DNA of 64,000 nt from Obrimoposthia wandeli (taxonomy: Eukaryota). Below the pieces are notes generated by a model. The model was not told the DNA's origin. It worked only from the letters and a program-made list of their open reading frames with translations, and made no database searches. This document shows, piece by piece, positions 32,573 through 43,053 of the stretch. The stretch lies in NCBI GenBank assembly GCA_977020255.1, contig CDROCS010004529.1, positions 1-64,000 on the forward strand, written 5' to 3'. The first letter of the stretch is position 1. Each line of letters begins with the position of its first letter. The position numbers and the translations under genes were made by a program.

Positions 32573-33655
32573 GTGGAATTACTCGTAACACAATGCCTTG
32601 ATCGCCCTTTGCGATTAGAAGGTTCAATGGCAGGCTGGCAGCAGCTTTTTTGGGATAACCAATTAGTTGCTCAACAAGCAGCTAGTAATGATGACTCTTG
32701 TGAGCATAGTCACCAATTTCAATTACAAAATGGTGAACAAAGCATTACCTGCCAATTGAATATCAAGCTAGCTTGGCAACCCTTCCATCTAAAATATCAG
32801 TTACTTATAGACGATGAAGTTGTCATTAGCGGGGAGCGCGATACAAAAGATATAGAAAAACAAGCACCTGTCGTAAAAATTCAAGAGAAGAAGAAATTTA
32901 GTTTAGTCGGTTTAGGCTATTTAGCTTTAAAGTTATTCAAAAGCGCCAAAGTCATTAAAGTCGCGTTAGCTGGCGCAAGCCTTGCGGCCTATAGCTGGTT
33001 GTTCTCAATCGAATTTGCCCTTTCACTGATTGCTTGTTTAGTTTTCCATGAATATGGCCATATCCGCGCTATGAAGTATTTTAAAATGCCAACTAAAGGT
33101 ATTTACCTCATTCCTTTCATGGGGGGCTTAGCGTTAAGTGACGGTAAAATAAATACTCGCTGGCAAGATGTTGTTATTTCCATTATGGGCCCCACTTTTG
33201 GCATGTTCTTATCAATAGTAGCCCTAATAATATATTGGATTACAGACCTTCAATTTTTTGCCGCTCTAGCTTCGCTTAATGCGTTACTTAATTTATTCAA
33301 TTTGCTGCCTATTCTACCGTTAGATGGCGGGCACATTTTAAAAAGCATCAGCTTCTCTTTCAACTCTGTGGTGGGTATTGGCCTCTGTGCGCTTGCAGCA
33401 TTAGCGGGTATTTATTTCTCATATCTTTTTCATTTAACATTATTAACAGTCATGTTGTTAATTGGCGCTGTGGATATTTTATTTGAATGGCGTGCCCGCC
33501 ACTCTTCCCACTTACTACCTTTAGATAGATATGGGCAAATTTTCTCTACACTTTGGTACTTTTCCACTGTCGCTATCTTATTAGCAATCATTTTTAGTGT
33601 GGCAAGTAGTGGAGATCCATTATTGAGTATGCCTTTAAAAATATTAGGCAGTTAA
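32573..33655 (+). CDS. Site-2 protease (peptidase M50) with soluble N-terminal domain
   Basis: HEYGH zinc motif, GP motif, NLFNLLPILPLDGG. Confidence 0.9.
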   Translation: MELLVTQCLDRPLRLEGSMAGWQQLFWDNQLVAQQAASNDDSCEHSHQFQLQNGEQSITCQLNIKLAWQPFHLKYQLLIDDEVVISGERDTKDIEKQAPVVKIQEKKKFSLVGLGYLALKLFKSAKVIKVALAGASLAAYSWLFSIEFALSLIACLVFHEYGHIRAMKYFKMPTKGIYLIPFMGGLALSDGKINTRWQDVVISIMGPTFGMFLSIVALIIYWITDLQFFAALASLNALLNLFNLLPILPLDGGHILKSISFSFNSVVGIGLCALAALAGIYFSYLFHLTLLTVMLLIGAVDILFEWRARHSSHLLPLDRYGQIFSTLWYFSTVAILLAIIFSVASSGDPLLSMPLKILGS

Positions 33656-33883
33656 GTCATATTTTCACAGTATTCAGCAAAGCTTCACTAGGCTATAATC
33701 GACTGCTGTTTACTAACTAAGAAACTCATTATTTTTAAGTATAAAAAACCACTTTGCGTTAACTATCGAGATAGTTGATGCAAGTTGTTATCTCTTAAAT
33801 TAAGCAAAGCTCAGCTTGTTTCACTTAGTTGCAATGTATATAAACAGAAAAAACACCCTTTTAAACTTTGTGTGAGGAAGAAA

Positions 33884-35098
33884 ATGAATCCAGCGTTATT
33901 AGAATTACAACCCTACCCTTTTGAAAAGCTGGCTGCATTGAAAGCGCAAGTGACTCCACCTGACATAGAACACATTGCTTTTTCTATCGGCGAGCCAAAA
34001 CATACTTCCCCCGCATTTGTTGCACAAACCATTACGGATAATATTGCCGGTTTAGGAAAATATCCAACTACTAAAGGCATTCCCGAGCTAAGTGAATGCA
34101 TTGCTAAATGGTGCGAAAGTAGATTTAACCTAGTGCAAAACAGCGTAGATCCTTTATGCAATATCGTACCCGTAAATGGGACAAGAGAAGCCATTTTCGC
34201 CTTTATTCAAGCAGCAATAACTCGCAAAGAGGGAGCACTTGTTGTTTGCCCAAATCCTTTTTATCAAATATATGAAGGCGCTGCTTACTTAGCCGGTGCG
34301 CAGCCTCATTATTTAAATTGTGATAGTGACAACAATTTCATTCCTGATTACGATGCGGTTCCTGCTGATGTTTGGCAGCACTGCCAAGTGCTATTTATTT
34401 GCTCACCTAGTAACCCTACCGGAGCGGTAACTGGCTTAGAAACACTTAAGAAGCTCATCGCGCTCGCCGATAAGTACGATTTCATTATCGTCAGTGATGA
34501 ATGCTATTCAGAAATCTACTTTGATGAAGCCAATCCACCTATCGGCTTATTAGAAGCTTGCGCCATTTTAGGGCGCAATGATTTTAAACGCTGCGTGGCG
34601 ATGCACAGCTTATCTAAACGCTCTAATTTACCAGGGCTGCGCTCAGGATTTGTGGCGGGCGATAAATCATTATTATTACCCTTTTTAAAGTATCGTACTT
34701 ATCACGGCTGTGCCATGCCAGTACAGCATCAACATGCTTCTATCGCTGCTTGGTCAGATGAAAATCATGTACGACAAAACCGTGATGTATACCGTGAAAA
34801 ATTCACTAAAGTACTAGAGATCCTCAGCCCTGTACTAGAAGTTTCACAGCCAGATGCTAGTTTCTATCTTTGGGCAAAAACGCCTATCGATGATGAAATC
34901 TTTGCTCGTGATTTATTTGCCCAGCAAAATTTAACCTTATTACCCGGCAGCTATTTATCTCGTGAAGTTGATGGCAAGATACCCGGGAAATATTATGTTC
35001 GTATGGCATTAGTCGCTACCTTGGATGAATGTTTAGCAGGCGCACAACGTATCCGCAATTATGTAGAAAGTATTCAGCAAGGAGATTCGGCCCAATGA
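33884..35098 (+). CDS. dapC: N-succinyldiaminopimelate aminotransferase
   Basis: LQPYPFEKL, GEPKH, GTREAIF, PNPFYQIYEGAA, SLSKRSNLPGLRSGFVAG; clustered with dapD/dapE. The start is the ATG at 33884. Confidence 0.92.
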   Translation: MNPALLELQPYPFEKLAALKAQVTPPDIEHIAFSIGEPKHTSPAFVAQTITDNIAGLGKYPTTKGIPELSECIAKWCESRFNLVQNSVDPLCNIVPVNGTREAIFAFIQAAITRKEGALVVCPNPFYQIYEGAAYLAGAQPHYLNCDSDNNFIPDYDAVPADVWQHCQVLFICSPSNPTGAVTGLETLKKLIALADKYDFIIVSDECYSEIYFDEANPPIGLLEACAILGRNDFKRCVAMHSLSKRSNLPGLRSGFVAGDKSLLLPFLKYRTYHGCAMPVQHQHASIAAWSDENHVRQNRDVYREKFTKVLEILSPVLEVSQPDASFYLWAKTPIDDEIFARDLFAQQNLTLLPGSYLSREVDGKIPGKYYVRMALVATLDECLAGAQRIRNYVESIQQGDSAQ

Positions 35099-35448
35099 GT
35101 ATCGTTTTGTACGGTATCAAAAATTGTGACTCCATTAAAAAAGCAAAAAAATGGCTAGAGGCACAAAGTATCGATTATCGTTTCCACGACTATCGTGTTG
35201 ATGGTATTGATCGTGCTTTAATGGATGAGTTTTTAATCACACAAAGCTGGGATATCCTATTAAATAAACGCGGCACTACTTGGCGTCAGCTAAGTGACGA
35301 TACTAAAAACAGCATTGATGAACAAAAGGCTATCGAATTGATGCTGGAACAGCCAGCAATGATTAAACGCCCAGTAATGACTACCCCCAATTCAGTAATG
35401 GTCGGCTTTAAAGCTGATCAATACCAAGCAATTTTTGCTACTAAATAA
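35095..35448 (+). CDS. ArsC/Spx family YffB-like protein
   Basis: LYGIKNCDSIKKA...FHDYR...LLNKRGTTWR...PAMIKRP. The start is the ATG at 35095. Confidence 0.9.
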   Translation: MSIVLYGIKNCDSIKKAKKWLEAQSIDYRFHDYRVDGIDRALMDEFLITQSWDILLNKRGTTWRQLSDDTKNSIDEQKAIELMLEQPAMIKRPVMTTPNSVMVGFKADQYQAIFATK

Positions 35449-35467
35449 ACAGTTTACGGAGAGTAAT

Positions 35468-36502
35468 ATGAGTTTTTTTGCATTTGGCATCGGTATCGGC
35501 ACCCAATCTTCAACAGGTGAGTGGCTAGAAGTTTATTACAACCAACCGCTTTTAAACCCTTCAGATCAATTAATAAAAGCTGTGGGTGATTGTATTGGTT
35601 ATGAAGCAGGCTCTGATTCTGCTATTGAAATTTGCCAAGAGCAATTAAAAGAACTTGAAATAGCACTACTAAGCATTAACGAAGAGCAGCAAGCAGAAAT
35701 CGTTGAAATCCTGCAGGGCACCCAGCAGCCGTTAGTTGTCACCATTTTAGCAACAGATTCGGCACCGGCTTCAACACCTGAAGCTTATTTAAAACTTTCC
35801 ATGCTTTCTGCAAGGTTAGTACAACCACATAATATTGACCTTACTGGCCAATTTGCTTTACTTCCCAATGTTGCCTGGACCAATGAAGGCGCTATCTCAT
35901 TAGAAGATTTATCAAAGCGTCAATTGTCAGCGCGTGCTCAAGGGCGTGTACTTGATGTTATCTCTGTTGATAAATTCCCTAAGATGGCTAACTATGTTAT
36001 TCCAGCAGGCATTCGTATAGGCGATGCTTCTCGGGTACGTTTAGGCGCGCATGTCGGCAATGGAACGACGGTTATGCATGAAGGATTTATTAACTTTAAT
36101 GCCGGCACTTTAGGTGTAGGCATGGTTGAAGGACGCATCTCTGCTGGTGTTGTTGTGGGTAACGGCACAGATATCGGTGGCAGCGCATCAACAATGGGCA
36201 CATTATCTGGCGGTAATAACGTGGTTATTTCGCTAGGTGAAAACTGTTTACTTGGCGCTAACTCAGGTACCGGTATTCCACTAGGTGACAGATGCACCAT
36301 TGAGGCAGGCCTTTATGTGACAGCCGGTGCGAAAGTAACGGTCCTAGACGATCAAAATCAGGAAGTATCTAGTGTTAAAGCTGCGGATTTAGCAGGAAAA
36401 TCTGATCTATTATTTCGTCGCAACTCGAAAAATGGCCGCATAGAAGTAAAAACTAATCAGTCAGCTATTGAGCTTAACGAAGCTTTACATAAACATAACT
36501 AA
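35468..36502 (+). CDS. dapD: Tetrahydrodipicolinate N-succinyltransferase (long Pseudomonas/Mycobacterium type)
   Basis: SVDKFPKMANYVIP, RVRLGAH, VMHEGFINFNAGT, EGRISAGV, LLFRRNS. The start is the ATG at 35468. Confidence 0.95.
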   Translation: MSFFAFGIGIGTQSSTGEWLEVYYNQPLLNPSDQLIKAVGDCIGYEAGSDSAIEICQEQLKELEIALLSINEEQQAEIVEILQGTQQPLVVTILATDSAPASTPEAYLKLSMLSARLVQPHNIDLTGQFALLPNVAWTNEGAISLEDLSKRQLSARAQGRVLDVISVDKFPKMANYVIPAGIRIGDASRVRLGAHVGNGTTVMHEGFINFNAGTLGVGMVEGRISAGVVVGNGTDIGGSASTMGTLSGGNNVVISLGENCLLGANSGTGIPLGDRCTIEAGLYVTAGAKVTVLDDQNQEVSSVKAADLAGKSDLLFRRNSKNGRIEVKTNQSAIELNEALHKHN

Positions 36503-36516
36503 TAGCAACATAGAAG

Positions 36517-36546
36517 AAGGCTTTCACTGTAATAATTGAAAGCCTT
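36517..36546. terminator. Hairpin between dapD and dapE
   Basis: AAGGCTTTCA / TGAAAGCCTT 10-bp stem; no clear U-tract. Confidence 0.5.
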
Positions 36547-36624
36547 ATCACGTTTAACATGCGTTTATTGCACCAATAACATTCTAAAATGCGACTCTCC
36601 TCATCTGCTGTTTAAAGGCCTAAC

Positions 36625-37761
36625 ATGAAAAAATCCGCCACTATTGATCTCGCCTGTGACTTAATCTCTCGTCAATCTATCACTCCTGAAGATGCTGGTT
36701 GTCAGGAGGTGTTAATAGAGCGCCTTGTAAAAATGGGCTTTGTTATCGAAAAAATGCCTTTTGAAGACGTTAAGAACTTCTGGGCAAGACGAGGCACCCA
36801 AGCGCCTTTATTATGCTTTGCTGGACACACGGATGTAGTGCCGCCTGGACCCATTGAAAACTGGAGCAGTGATCCTTTTATCCCAACCTTCAAAGATGGC
36901 TTTTTACAAGGGCGTGGCGCTGCTGATATGAAAGGAGGCATTGCCGCTTGGTTAACAGCTTTAGAGCGTTTTATCGAACATCATTCAGATCATAAAGGCT
37001 CTATTGCAATGCTTATCACTAGCGATGAGGAAGGGCCTTTTGTCAACGGCACCACTAGAGTGATTGACACTTTAGAAGCGCGTAACGAAAAAATTGATTG
37101 GTGCGTGATAGGAGAAGCCTCAAGCACAGAGCACTTAGGGGACGTCATTAAAAACGGCCGTCGCGGCTCTTTAAGTGGTAAATTGCGTGTTAAAGGGATT
37201 CAGGGGCATGTTGCCTACCCGCACTTAGTTAAAAATCCCATCCATATGTGTGCAGCAGCCATTGCTGAAATAACCAATGAGCAATGGGATGACGGAAATG
37301 AATTTTTCCCACCCACCAGTTTCCAAATTTCTAATTATCATTCAGGTACTGGTGCCAACAATATAGTACCTGGTGAAGCGGTGTTAGATTTCAACTTTAG
37401 GTTTTCTACGCAATCTACCCAAGCGGGATTAGAATCTCGTGTACACGCTATACTTGATAGTCACAATTTAGACTATGCCATTGAATGGGCTTTTTCAGGA
37501 AATCCATTTTTAACTAGCGGCGGTGAGCTTATTGAAGCAAGTAAAAAAGCAATTAAATCTGTCACTGGATTAGACACCGAGCTATCGACGTCTGGCGGCA
37601 CCTCTGACGGACGCTTCATTGCCCCTACAGGTGCACAAGTTATTGAATTAGGGCCTATAAATGCCACTATTCATAAAGTAAACGAACGCGTGAAAGCAGC
37701 AGATTTAGATACTTTATCCAGCGTTTATGAAAATATTTTAGCGAGAATGTTAGTAAACTAA
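36625..37761 (+). CDS. dapE: Succinyl-diaminopimelate desuccinylase
   Basis: [50 protein letters not shown]. Confidence 0.97.
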   Translation: MKKSATIDLACDLISRQSITPEDAGCQEVLIERLVKMGFVIEKMPFEDVKNFWARRGTQAPLLCFAGHTDVVPPGPIENWSSDPFIPTFKDGFLQGRGAADMKGGIAAWLTALERFIEHHSDHKGSIAMLITSDEEGPFVNGTTRVIDTLEARNEKIDWCVIGEASSTEHLGDVIKNGRRGSLSGKLRVKGIQGHVAYPHLVKNPIHMCAAAIAEITNEQWDDGNEFFPPTSFQISNYHSGTGANNIVPGEAVLDFNFRFSTQSTQAGLESRVHAILDSHNLDYAIEWAFSGNPFLTSGGELIEASKKAIKSVTGLDTELSTSGGTSDGRFIAPTGAQVIELGPINATIHKVNERVKAADLDTLSSVYENILARMLVN

Positions 37762-38588
37762 TGACAAATAACTCTGTACTTAGCTGCCCTTTATGCCAAC
37801 AGCCGTTAGTTGAGCACCCTCAATTAATGCGCTGCGCTAACAATCACTGCTTTGATCGCGCCAAACAAGGTTATTGGAACTTGCTAGCCGTACAACAAAA
37901 GAAGTCAAAAGATCCGGGTGATAACCCTGAAATGGTAGAAGCTCGACGCCAGTTTTTAGATTTAGATTGTTATTTACCGCTGGTGCAAGCTATACAAGAA
38001 AAAATAGCATTAAACTTACCTTCTGTTGATAGCCAAATACTCGATATGGGCTGTGGTGAAGGGTATTACACTGATAAATGGCAACAGGCACTGAGCTCAC
38101 ATCATTTTATTGGTTTAGATATTTCTAAGCACGCGATTAAAGCGGCAACCAAACGTAATAAAACTATCACTTGGATAGTCGCAACGGGCGCTAAAATGCC
38201 AATTGCGAAGCAGAGCTTAGATTTGATGACAGTTGTGTTCAGCCGCTTAATGCCACAGCCCTTTGCCGATGTGCTTAAGCAAGATGCTAGTCTCATTTTA
38301 GTGTGGCCAACAACGCAACATTTGCTACAGCTCAAACAAGCAATGTACACTGATATTAAAGAATCAGTATACGACCCGGCAGCTGAACTAGACTCACTTT
38401 TTAAGTTATCATCCCAAGAGCTACTAACTTTTGAGCTTAATATTGAAACCGAACAGCAGCTTTCGGCACTTTTGAAGATGACCCCTCATGGTCAACGTAT
38501 CAACGATCAAAAAAGGCAGGAATTACAACAAGAGCTACCTATGGCTGTTAGTTTTAGTGTCAATATTGGCTGCTTCAAAAAGCGTTAA
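37761..38588 (+). CDS. rlmA: 23S rRNA m1G745 methyltransferase-like protein
   Basis: Zn finger CPLC...CANNHCFDRAKQGYWNLL, LDMGCGEGYY, GLDISK, LKMTP. Confidence 0.85.
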   Translation: MTNNSVLSCPLCQQPLVEHPQLMRCANNHCFDRAKQGYWNLLAVQQKKSKDPGDNPEMVEARRQFLDLDCYLPLVQAIQEKIALNLPSVDSQILDMGCGEGYYTDKWQQALSSHHFIGLDISKHAIKAATKRNKTITWIVATGAKMPIAKQSLDLMTVVFSRLMPQPFADVLKQDASLILVWPTTQHLLQLKQAMYTDIKESVYDPAAELDSLFKLSSQELLTFELNIETEQQLSALLKMTPHGQRINDQKRQELQQELPMAVSFSVNIGCFKKR

Positions 38589-38605
38589 TTGTACTGGTAT
38601 CGCAA

Positions 38606-38908
38606 ATGAAACTTGAGAATAAAGGTTTAAATAAAAGTTTAGCCCAGCGCATCAAATATCGCTTGCAGCAACAAGCGGTAAAAACTCAACAAAACTTGAG
38701 CCTTATACTAATAGGTTTTGCATTATCGCTGCTTGGTATAGGCTTAGTGATGGGCGGTGAATTTTTAGTGAACAACTCGCTACACCGCGAGCTGGTTGCG
38801 CTGGCAGGTGTAGTTATCATCGGTATTGGTTGTATATTAGCAGCGGCAGGTTATTTAAGTTTGAGCTTATTAAAAATCTTTTATGTGATAACCAAAGATA
38901 AAGACTAG
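38606..38908 (+). CDS. Small two-TM hypothetical membrane protein
   Basis: 100-aa ORF in operon orientation with two hydrophobic segments. Confidence 0.65.
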   Translation: MKLENKGLNKSLAQRIKYRLQQQAVKTQQNLSLILIGFALSLLGIGLVMGGEFLVNNSLHRELVALAGVVIIGIGCILAAAGYLSLSLLKIFYVITKDKD

Positions 38909-38927
38909 ATGTAACCCATAGACTAGC

Positions 38928-39089
38928 TAGTGTTCATCCTGAAACGGGGTCGTCGCGAGAGCGACTCAATGATTCAAGATAGCACTACTAGATATGGGCG
39001 TTTGGTTATTCCAAACAACTATATCTAGTAGTAAATAGATTGTGTTAGTGAGGCATTCGTAGTAGACAACCGTTTCTGGATGGACACTA
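38928..39089. mobile_element. MITE-like palindromic element, family A, copy 1
   Basis: 20-bp TIRs TAGTGTTCATCCTGAAACGG / CCGTTTCTGGATGGACACTA, internal CTACTAGATAT/ATATCTAGTAG stem; homologous copy at 53905. Confidence 0.8.
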
Positions 39090-39117
39090 GCTAATAATAA
39101 CCCACGCATAACCACTC

Positions 39118-39714
39118 TTATTCATCATTTATCAACCAGCCATTCTCACAAGCTAAATCAATCTGTTGATTCACGTACTCCCAAAGCTTAGGTGCCAAAT
39201 GCTGCAAATAAATATTACGCTGAATCACTTGCGACTTACGTACTTTATTAACGGCCCAGCTACCACCTTCATTCGCCATGTTTTGCACTAAAGGTAAAAT
39301 TCTGTCGATTGCTTTGGCAAACTGAGCATCTACTGTTGCTGCCTCTTCAAATTCTAACCATAACGTTAAAAAAGCTTGAGATTGCGTCGCTGGTAACAAG
39401 CCAAAAATACGCTGCGCCGCTGCCAACTCTTTTTCCTCTTGGGCCTCTTGTAATGCTTGCGCCTCAAATGCAAATAAATCACCGGCATCAATCTCTACAA
39501 TATCGTGAATTAATAACATACTTGTTACACGACTAATATCTACTTGTTGGTGCGCATATTGATGTAATAACTGCGCGCTTAAAGCAATTTGCCAACTATG
39601 CTCTGCACTGTTTTCCTGACGATTATTATCCGCTTTAACCATCGTACGCCGATAAACACTCTTGAGCTTATCTATTTCAATAATGAAAGCCATTTGCTGA
39701 GCAAGTTCTTGCAT
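39118..39714 (-). CDS. HD-domain phosphohydrolase (HD_3/YfbR-like)
   Basis: RQENSAEHSW, LLIHDIVEIDAGD, EFE, AIDR. Confidence 0.88.
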   Translation of the reverse strand: MQELAQQMAFIIEIDKLKSVYRRTMVKADNNRQENSAEHSWQIALSAQLLHQYAHQQVDISRVTSMLLIHDIVEIDAGDLFAFEAQALQEAQEEKELAAAQRIFGLLPATQSQAFLTLWLEFEEAATVDAQFAKAIDRILPLVQNMANEGGSWAVNKVRKSQVIQRNIYLQHLAPKLWEYVNQQIDLACENGWLINDE

Positions 39715-39985
39715 AATACCTACCTTAATTCGATTTTTTTATTAACTTAGATTCAATTCTAAAGCGCATCTAAACCAACAGAAAGAAAGGCCAGCTGAAG
39801 GTAAGCCTATGTAATGGTTAAAAACTTTAGCGGTATATTCTAGTGCGCTAGTTTAAGTGAGTGTTTTAACTGACGCGCTCGTTCAGCAAGGCTATAAACA
39901 CACTCTCAACTCTGAACCAGTCAGTATATTGCCAATCTTTAGCACTGCGGGACTCAGTCTATAAAGCAGTCCCTCATTGAGCATC

Positions 39986-40134
39986 ATTAGTCTCCGGTTT
40001 GATTTATGTTGCTCTTTAACTCATTGATTTCACGTTAACTACAAGTGTTATTTGGCTTAAAAATTCCAATTACCTATACTAGAAAACCTTAAATCAATGA
40101 GTAAAGAGCTTACCCTATTTAACCGGACAGCAAT
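39986..40134. mobile_element. MITE-like palindromic element, family B, copy 1
   Basis: Ends ATTAGTCTCCGGTT / AACCGGACAGCAAT, internal ACTCATTGATTT/AAATCAATGAGT arms; homologous copy at 42579. Confidence 0.8.
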
Positions 40135-40147
40135 GATTGAGCATAAA

Positions 40148-42169
40148 CTAATTAAGCATTTTAAGTAGTTCTGACGCCTTTTTCGAAGAATCATCTGAAA
40201 CGGCTTTAGTCATTTCTACCACATGATTAATGCCTTTGGTAACACTCATCGATAAACTTGAAGCCTGATTGGTATTACCTGCAATCTCTTCTGTTACAAG
40301 AGACTGTTCTGAAGAGGTAGCGGCGATAGCTTTTACTTTGTCTGATACATCAGTAGCACTATCGATTATTTGCACAAGTACTTGCTCTACTTGATTTGAA
40401 ATATCCTTACCTTGGTGAACTTTATCACGCCCAATATCCATACTTTGCTCAGCGATTTGTGCATCGTTGCGCATGCGCTCAATTGCTTGATCCACATCGG
40501 CTGTCGCATTCGTTGTTCGACTAGCCAGCAGGCGTACTTCATCAGCAACCACTGCAAAGCCTCTTCCTTGCTCTCCCGCGCGTGCTGCTTCAATTGCAGC
40601 ATTCAGTGCTAGTAGATTAGTTTGCTCAGCAATTCCTCGAATGACCTCGAGAATAACTTCCACCTGCTTATTTTGTTCACTCAATGATGCTATAGATTTG
40701 GCGCTTGCATCAAATGCCTCACTTATTTGATCCATCTGCACTAAAGAGCTTTTGACTAAAATACCTCCTTGCTGAGCAGTGTCTAATGAGTGCCCTGCTG
40801 AGTGTGCTGCTTGCTCACTACTATTTGATACATCCTTTGAAGAGGCTGAAAGCTCTTCAATAGCAGCAGCTATCAGACTAATCTGATTACTTTGTTGATC
40901 GATGCTCTTTGACATATCAGTATTAGCTAGAAAGATGTTATTGGCCTCTTTTGAAACACCTTGTATTGATTCAGCAGTGCTAGATACGGTATTAATCAGT
41001 GCTGTGTTCATTTTGTTAACCGCATTAGTCAATACTGCAATTTCATCTCTACCTTTGACGGCCAGTTCTGGTGTCGATAAGTTATTCTCTGCTACTTCTA
41101 GTGTTTTTTGTAGTACAGGCCCTAAGCGGCTCAATAGGTCACGACTGAACCACAATGCTACCAATACAGAGACAATAAAGGAGACAATTGCGCCCGAGAG
41201 TAAAACTGTTTTTAGCTTGCTAGAATCATCTTGTAAAGCAAGCGTATCAGCTGCCAACAAACTGCTTTGCGAATCTTGCATTTGGCGTAAGTAGCTTATT
41301 GCGAGAGCAGCATTGGGCGCAGCTTTTGTGCCTAAAATGTAGTTCGCCTGATTCCAATCGGGTGCAGATCTTAATTCAAACATTTTTTGTGGTAGCTTTG
41401 AAAACTCTTTGCGAGAAAGTAAATACTGGTTCCAATGTTTTTTTTGTTCAACCGTTAACAACTTAGAGTATTTACTATTCAGTAGCTGCAAGGCCTTATC
41501 ATTAGCTGCCCATTTAGCTGCAAAAATCTGTTTAAACTGAACATCACCTGAAAGCAAAAACGCTCTAATATTTGCGATGCCTACAGCAAAGGATCCTCTA
41601 GAATTCGCTAATTGAATTAACATGGCTTTGCGCTCAGCGTTAGCGGGTTGCTGCTCTTCAATATCTATGATAGCAGTCACCGCTTGCAAAATAATACCAG
41701 CGCGAGGAGCCGCTTCTTGTAACAACATTTCATAAGATGAAATATTCTCACTTTTCTGTGCAATGTTTTCTACTAACAATTGTGTCTGTTTAAACTCACT
41801 CAGTACTGCTTTTAACTTAGCCAGGGTTTCTATATTTTGTGGGTCAGTCCAATTCTGTGACATATCATCAAATACGTTTATGCTCTGCTCGATCGATACC
41901 CAAGCTTGTGCACGCTGAGCTTTTAACTCTGTTGCTTTTTGCGGATCGCTACCTAAAATCATGTATCCACGTAAAGCTGCTAATGACAGGTTAATTCCAT
42001 TATTTATATCTTTTCCTGCATTGACAGTTTTAAAACGCAAACTAGTTACTCTTTCCTGAATAACAGACACTTGACTGACATAAGATAAATTTAAAGCAGT
42101 CGTAATTAATAACACGACAAAAATACTACCGAAAGCCATAGCAAGCTTAGTGCGAAGTGATTTAATCAT
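40148..42169 (-). CDS. Methyl-accepting chemotaxis protein
   Basis: TM1, large periplasmic domain, TM2, HAMP (RDEIAVL), and [34 protein letters not shown]. The start is reassigned to the ATG at 42169. Confidence 0.96.
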   Translation of the reverse strand: MIKSLRTKLAMAFGSIFVVLLITTALNLSYVSQVSVIQERVTSLRFKTVNAGKDINNGINLSLAALRGYMILGSDPQKATELKAQRAQAWVSIEQSINVFDDMSQNWTDPQNIETLAKLKAVLSEFKQTQLLVENIAQKSENISSYEMLLQEAAPRAGIILQAVTAIIDIEEQQPANAERKAMLIQLANSRGSFAVGIANIRAFLLSGDVQFKQIFAAKWAANDKALQLLNSKYSKLLTVEQKKHWNQYLLSRKEFSKLPQKMFELRSAPDWNQANYILGTKAAPNAALAISYLRQMQDSQSSLLAADTLALQDDSSKLKTVLLSGAIVSFIVSVLVALWFSRDLLSRLGPVLQKTLEVAENNLSTPELAVKGRDEIAVLTNAVNKMNTALINTVSSTAESIQGVSKEANNIFLANTDMSKSIDQQSNQISLIAAAIEELSASSKDVSNSSEQAAHSAGHSLDTAQQGGILVKSSLVQMDQISEAFDASAKSIASLSEQNKQVEVILEVIRGIAEQTNLLALNAAIEAARAGEQGRGFAVVADEVRLLASRTTNATADVDQAIERMRNDAQIAEQSMDIGRDKVHQGKDISNQVEQVLVQIIDSATDVSDKVKAIAATSSEQSLVTEEIAGNTNQASSLSMSVTKGINHVVEMTKAVSDDSSKKASELLKMLN

Positions 42170-42578
42170 AATAATTCCCTTTATAAAATTAATCGCTTTG
42201 ATGGGTGTCTTTACCACAAAAAAACTATAATAGTGAACGTCCATGTAAAAATTAATTTCGTATAATTTAGTAAAACTAAAAAAGGCAGTCTCTGACTCCA
42301 AGTCATAGATTAAAGTGCGTTTAAAAGCTTAATAATTGTTACTTATCCCTGCCGTCTAGTTATTTTATTTAAAGAAGAGTTAGCTGCTAGGCTTCGCACT
42401 TTAAAGATGGTGTAGCGCTAGCATCAAATCTTGCTAATACGCCACGAAGGTGGGCCTAAGTTGCTAGTACCAGCTTTGCCCAATAGATAAAATAACATGG
42501 CTAGAATAATTACACATAAAGATAATTATCATTAGGTGTGAAAAGTTGCATCTTCTCCTAATTTTACCGTTTAATACC

Positions 42579-42728
42579 ATTAGTGTCCGGTTAAATTTTT
42601 GTTGTTCTATAACTCATTGATTTTACGTTAACCATAACGTGCTATTTGGCTGAAATAATCCAATTAACTATGCTAGAAAACCACAAATCAATGAGTAAAG
42701 AGCTTACATTTTTTAACCGGACAGCAAT
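42579..42728. mobile_element. MITE-like palindromic element, family B, copy 2
   Basis: ATTAGTGTCCGGTTAAA / TTTAACCGGACAGCAAT TIRs; about 85% identical by eye to 39986-40134, same orientation. Confidence 0.8.
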
Positions 42729-42969
42729 AGTTTAATACATTGAATTGCTCCTCCTTGTTCATGTATTACATAGCTATCTACGCTATTTGACCACCCCTAC
42801 CTCTATTTAGTATTACCTTTACCAGCTTCTTTTTTTGTATATACATTATTTTTATATGTTTTTTGCAGAATGAATTTACCTGAAAAAACGCTGCTTTTAA
42901 TACACATAAAGTGCCTTTAACAACAGATAATTGAAAAATCAGTATCAAATACTAATTATTATCCAATAA

Positions 42970-42981
42970 TGGTATAGACAA
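42970..42981. promoter_or_regulatory. Candidate GntR/HutC-type operator upstream of the kinase operon
   Basis: TGGTATAGACAA fits the HutC-subfamily GTnTAnAC palindrome. A second site TTGTATATACAT lies at 42835-42846. Confidence 0.6.
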
Positions 42982-43053
42982 AACATAAAAAGATGATTTA
43001 ATATTGATTTAACCATAACGAACATGGCTTAGAATAATAATACGAGGCAATGT

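Noticed and set aside
42302-42490. c-di-GMP-I riboswitch upstream of the MCP gene (GGGCAAAG ... GCGAAGCC ... CTAA on the minus strand)
   Set aside because: The GAAA tetraloop, GACGCAAA junction and spacing do not fit. An Rfam scan would be decisive.
42494-43038. Short repeated blocks AACATGGCT(T)AGAATAAT (42494, 43021) and TACACATAAAG (42511, 42901)
   Set aside because: Short and in AT-rich DNA, with no consistent spacing; could be chance.
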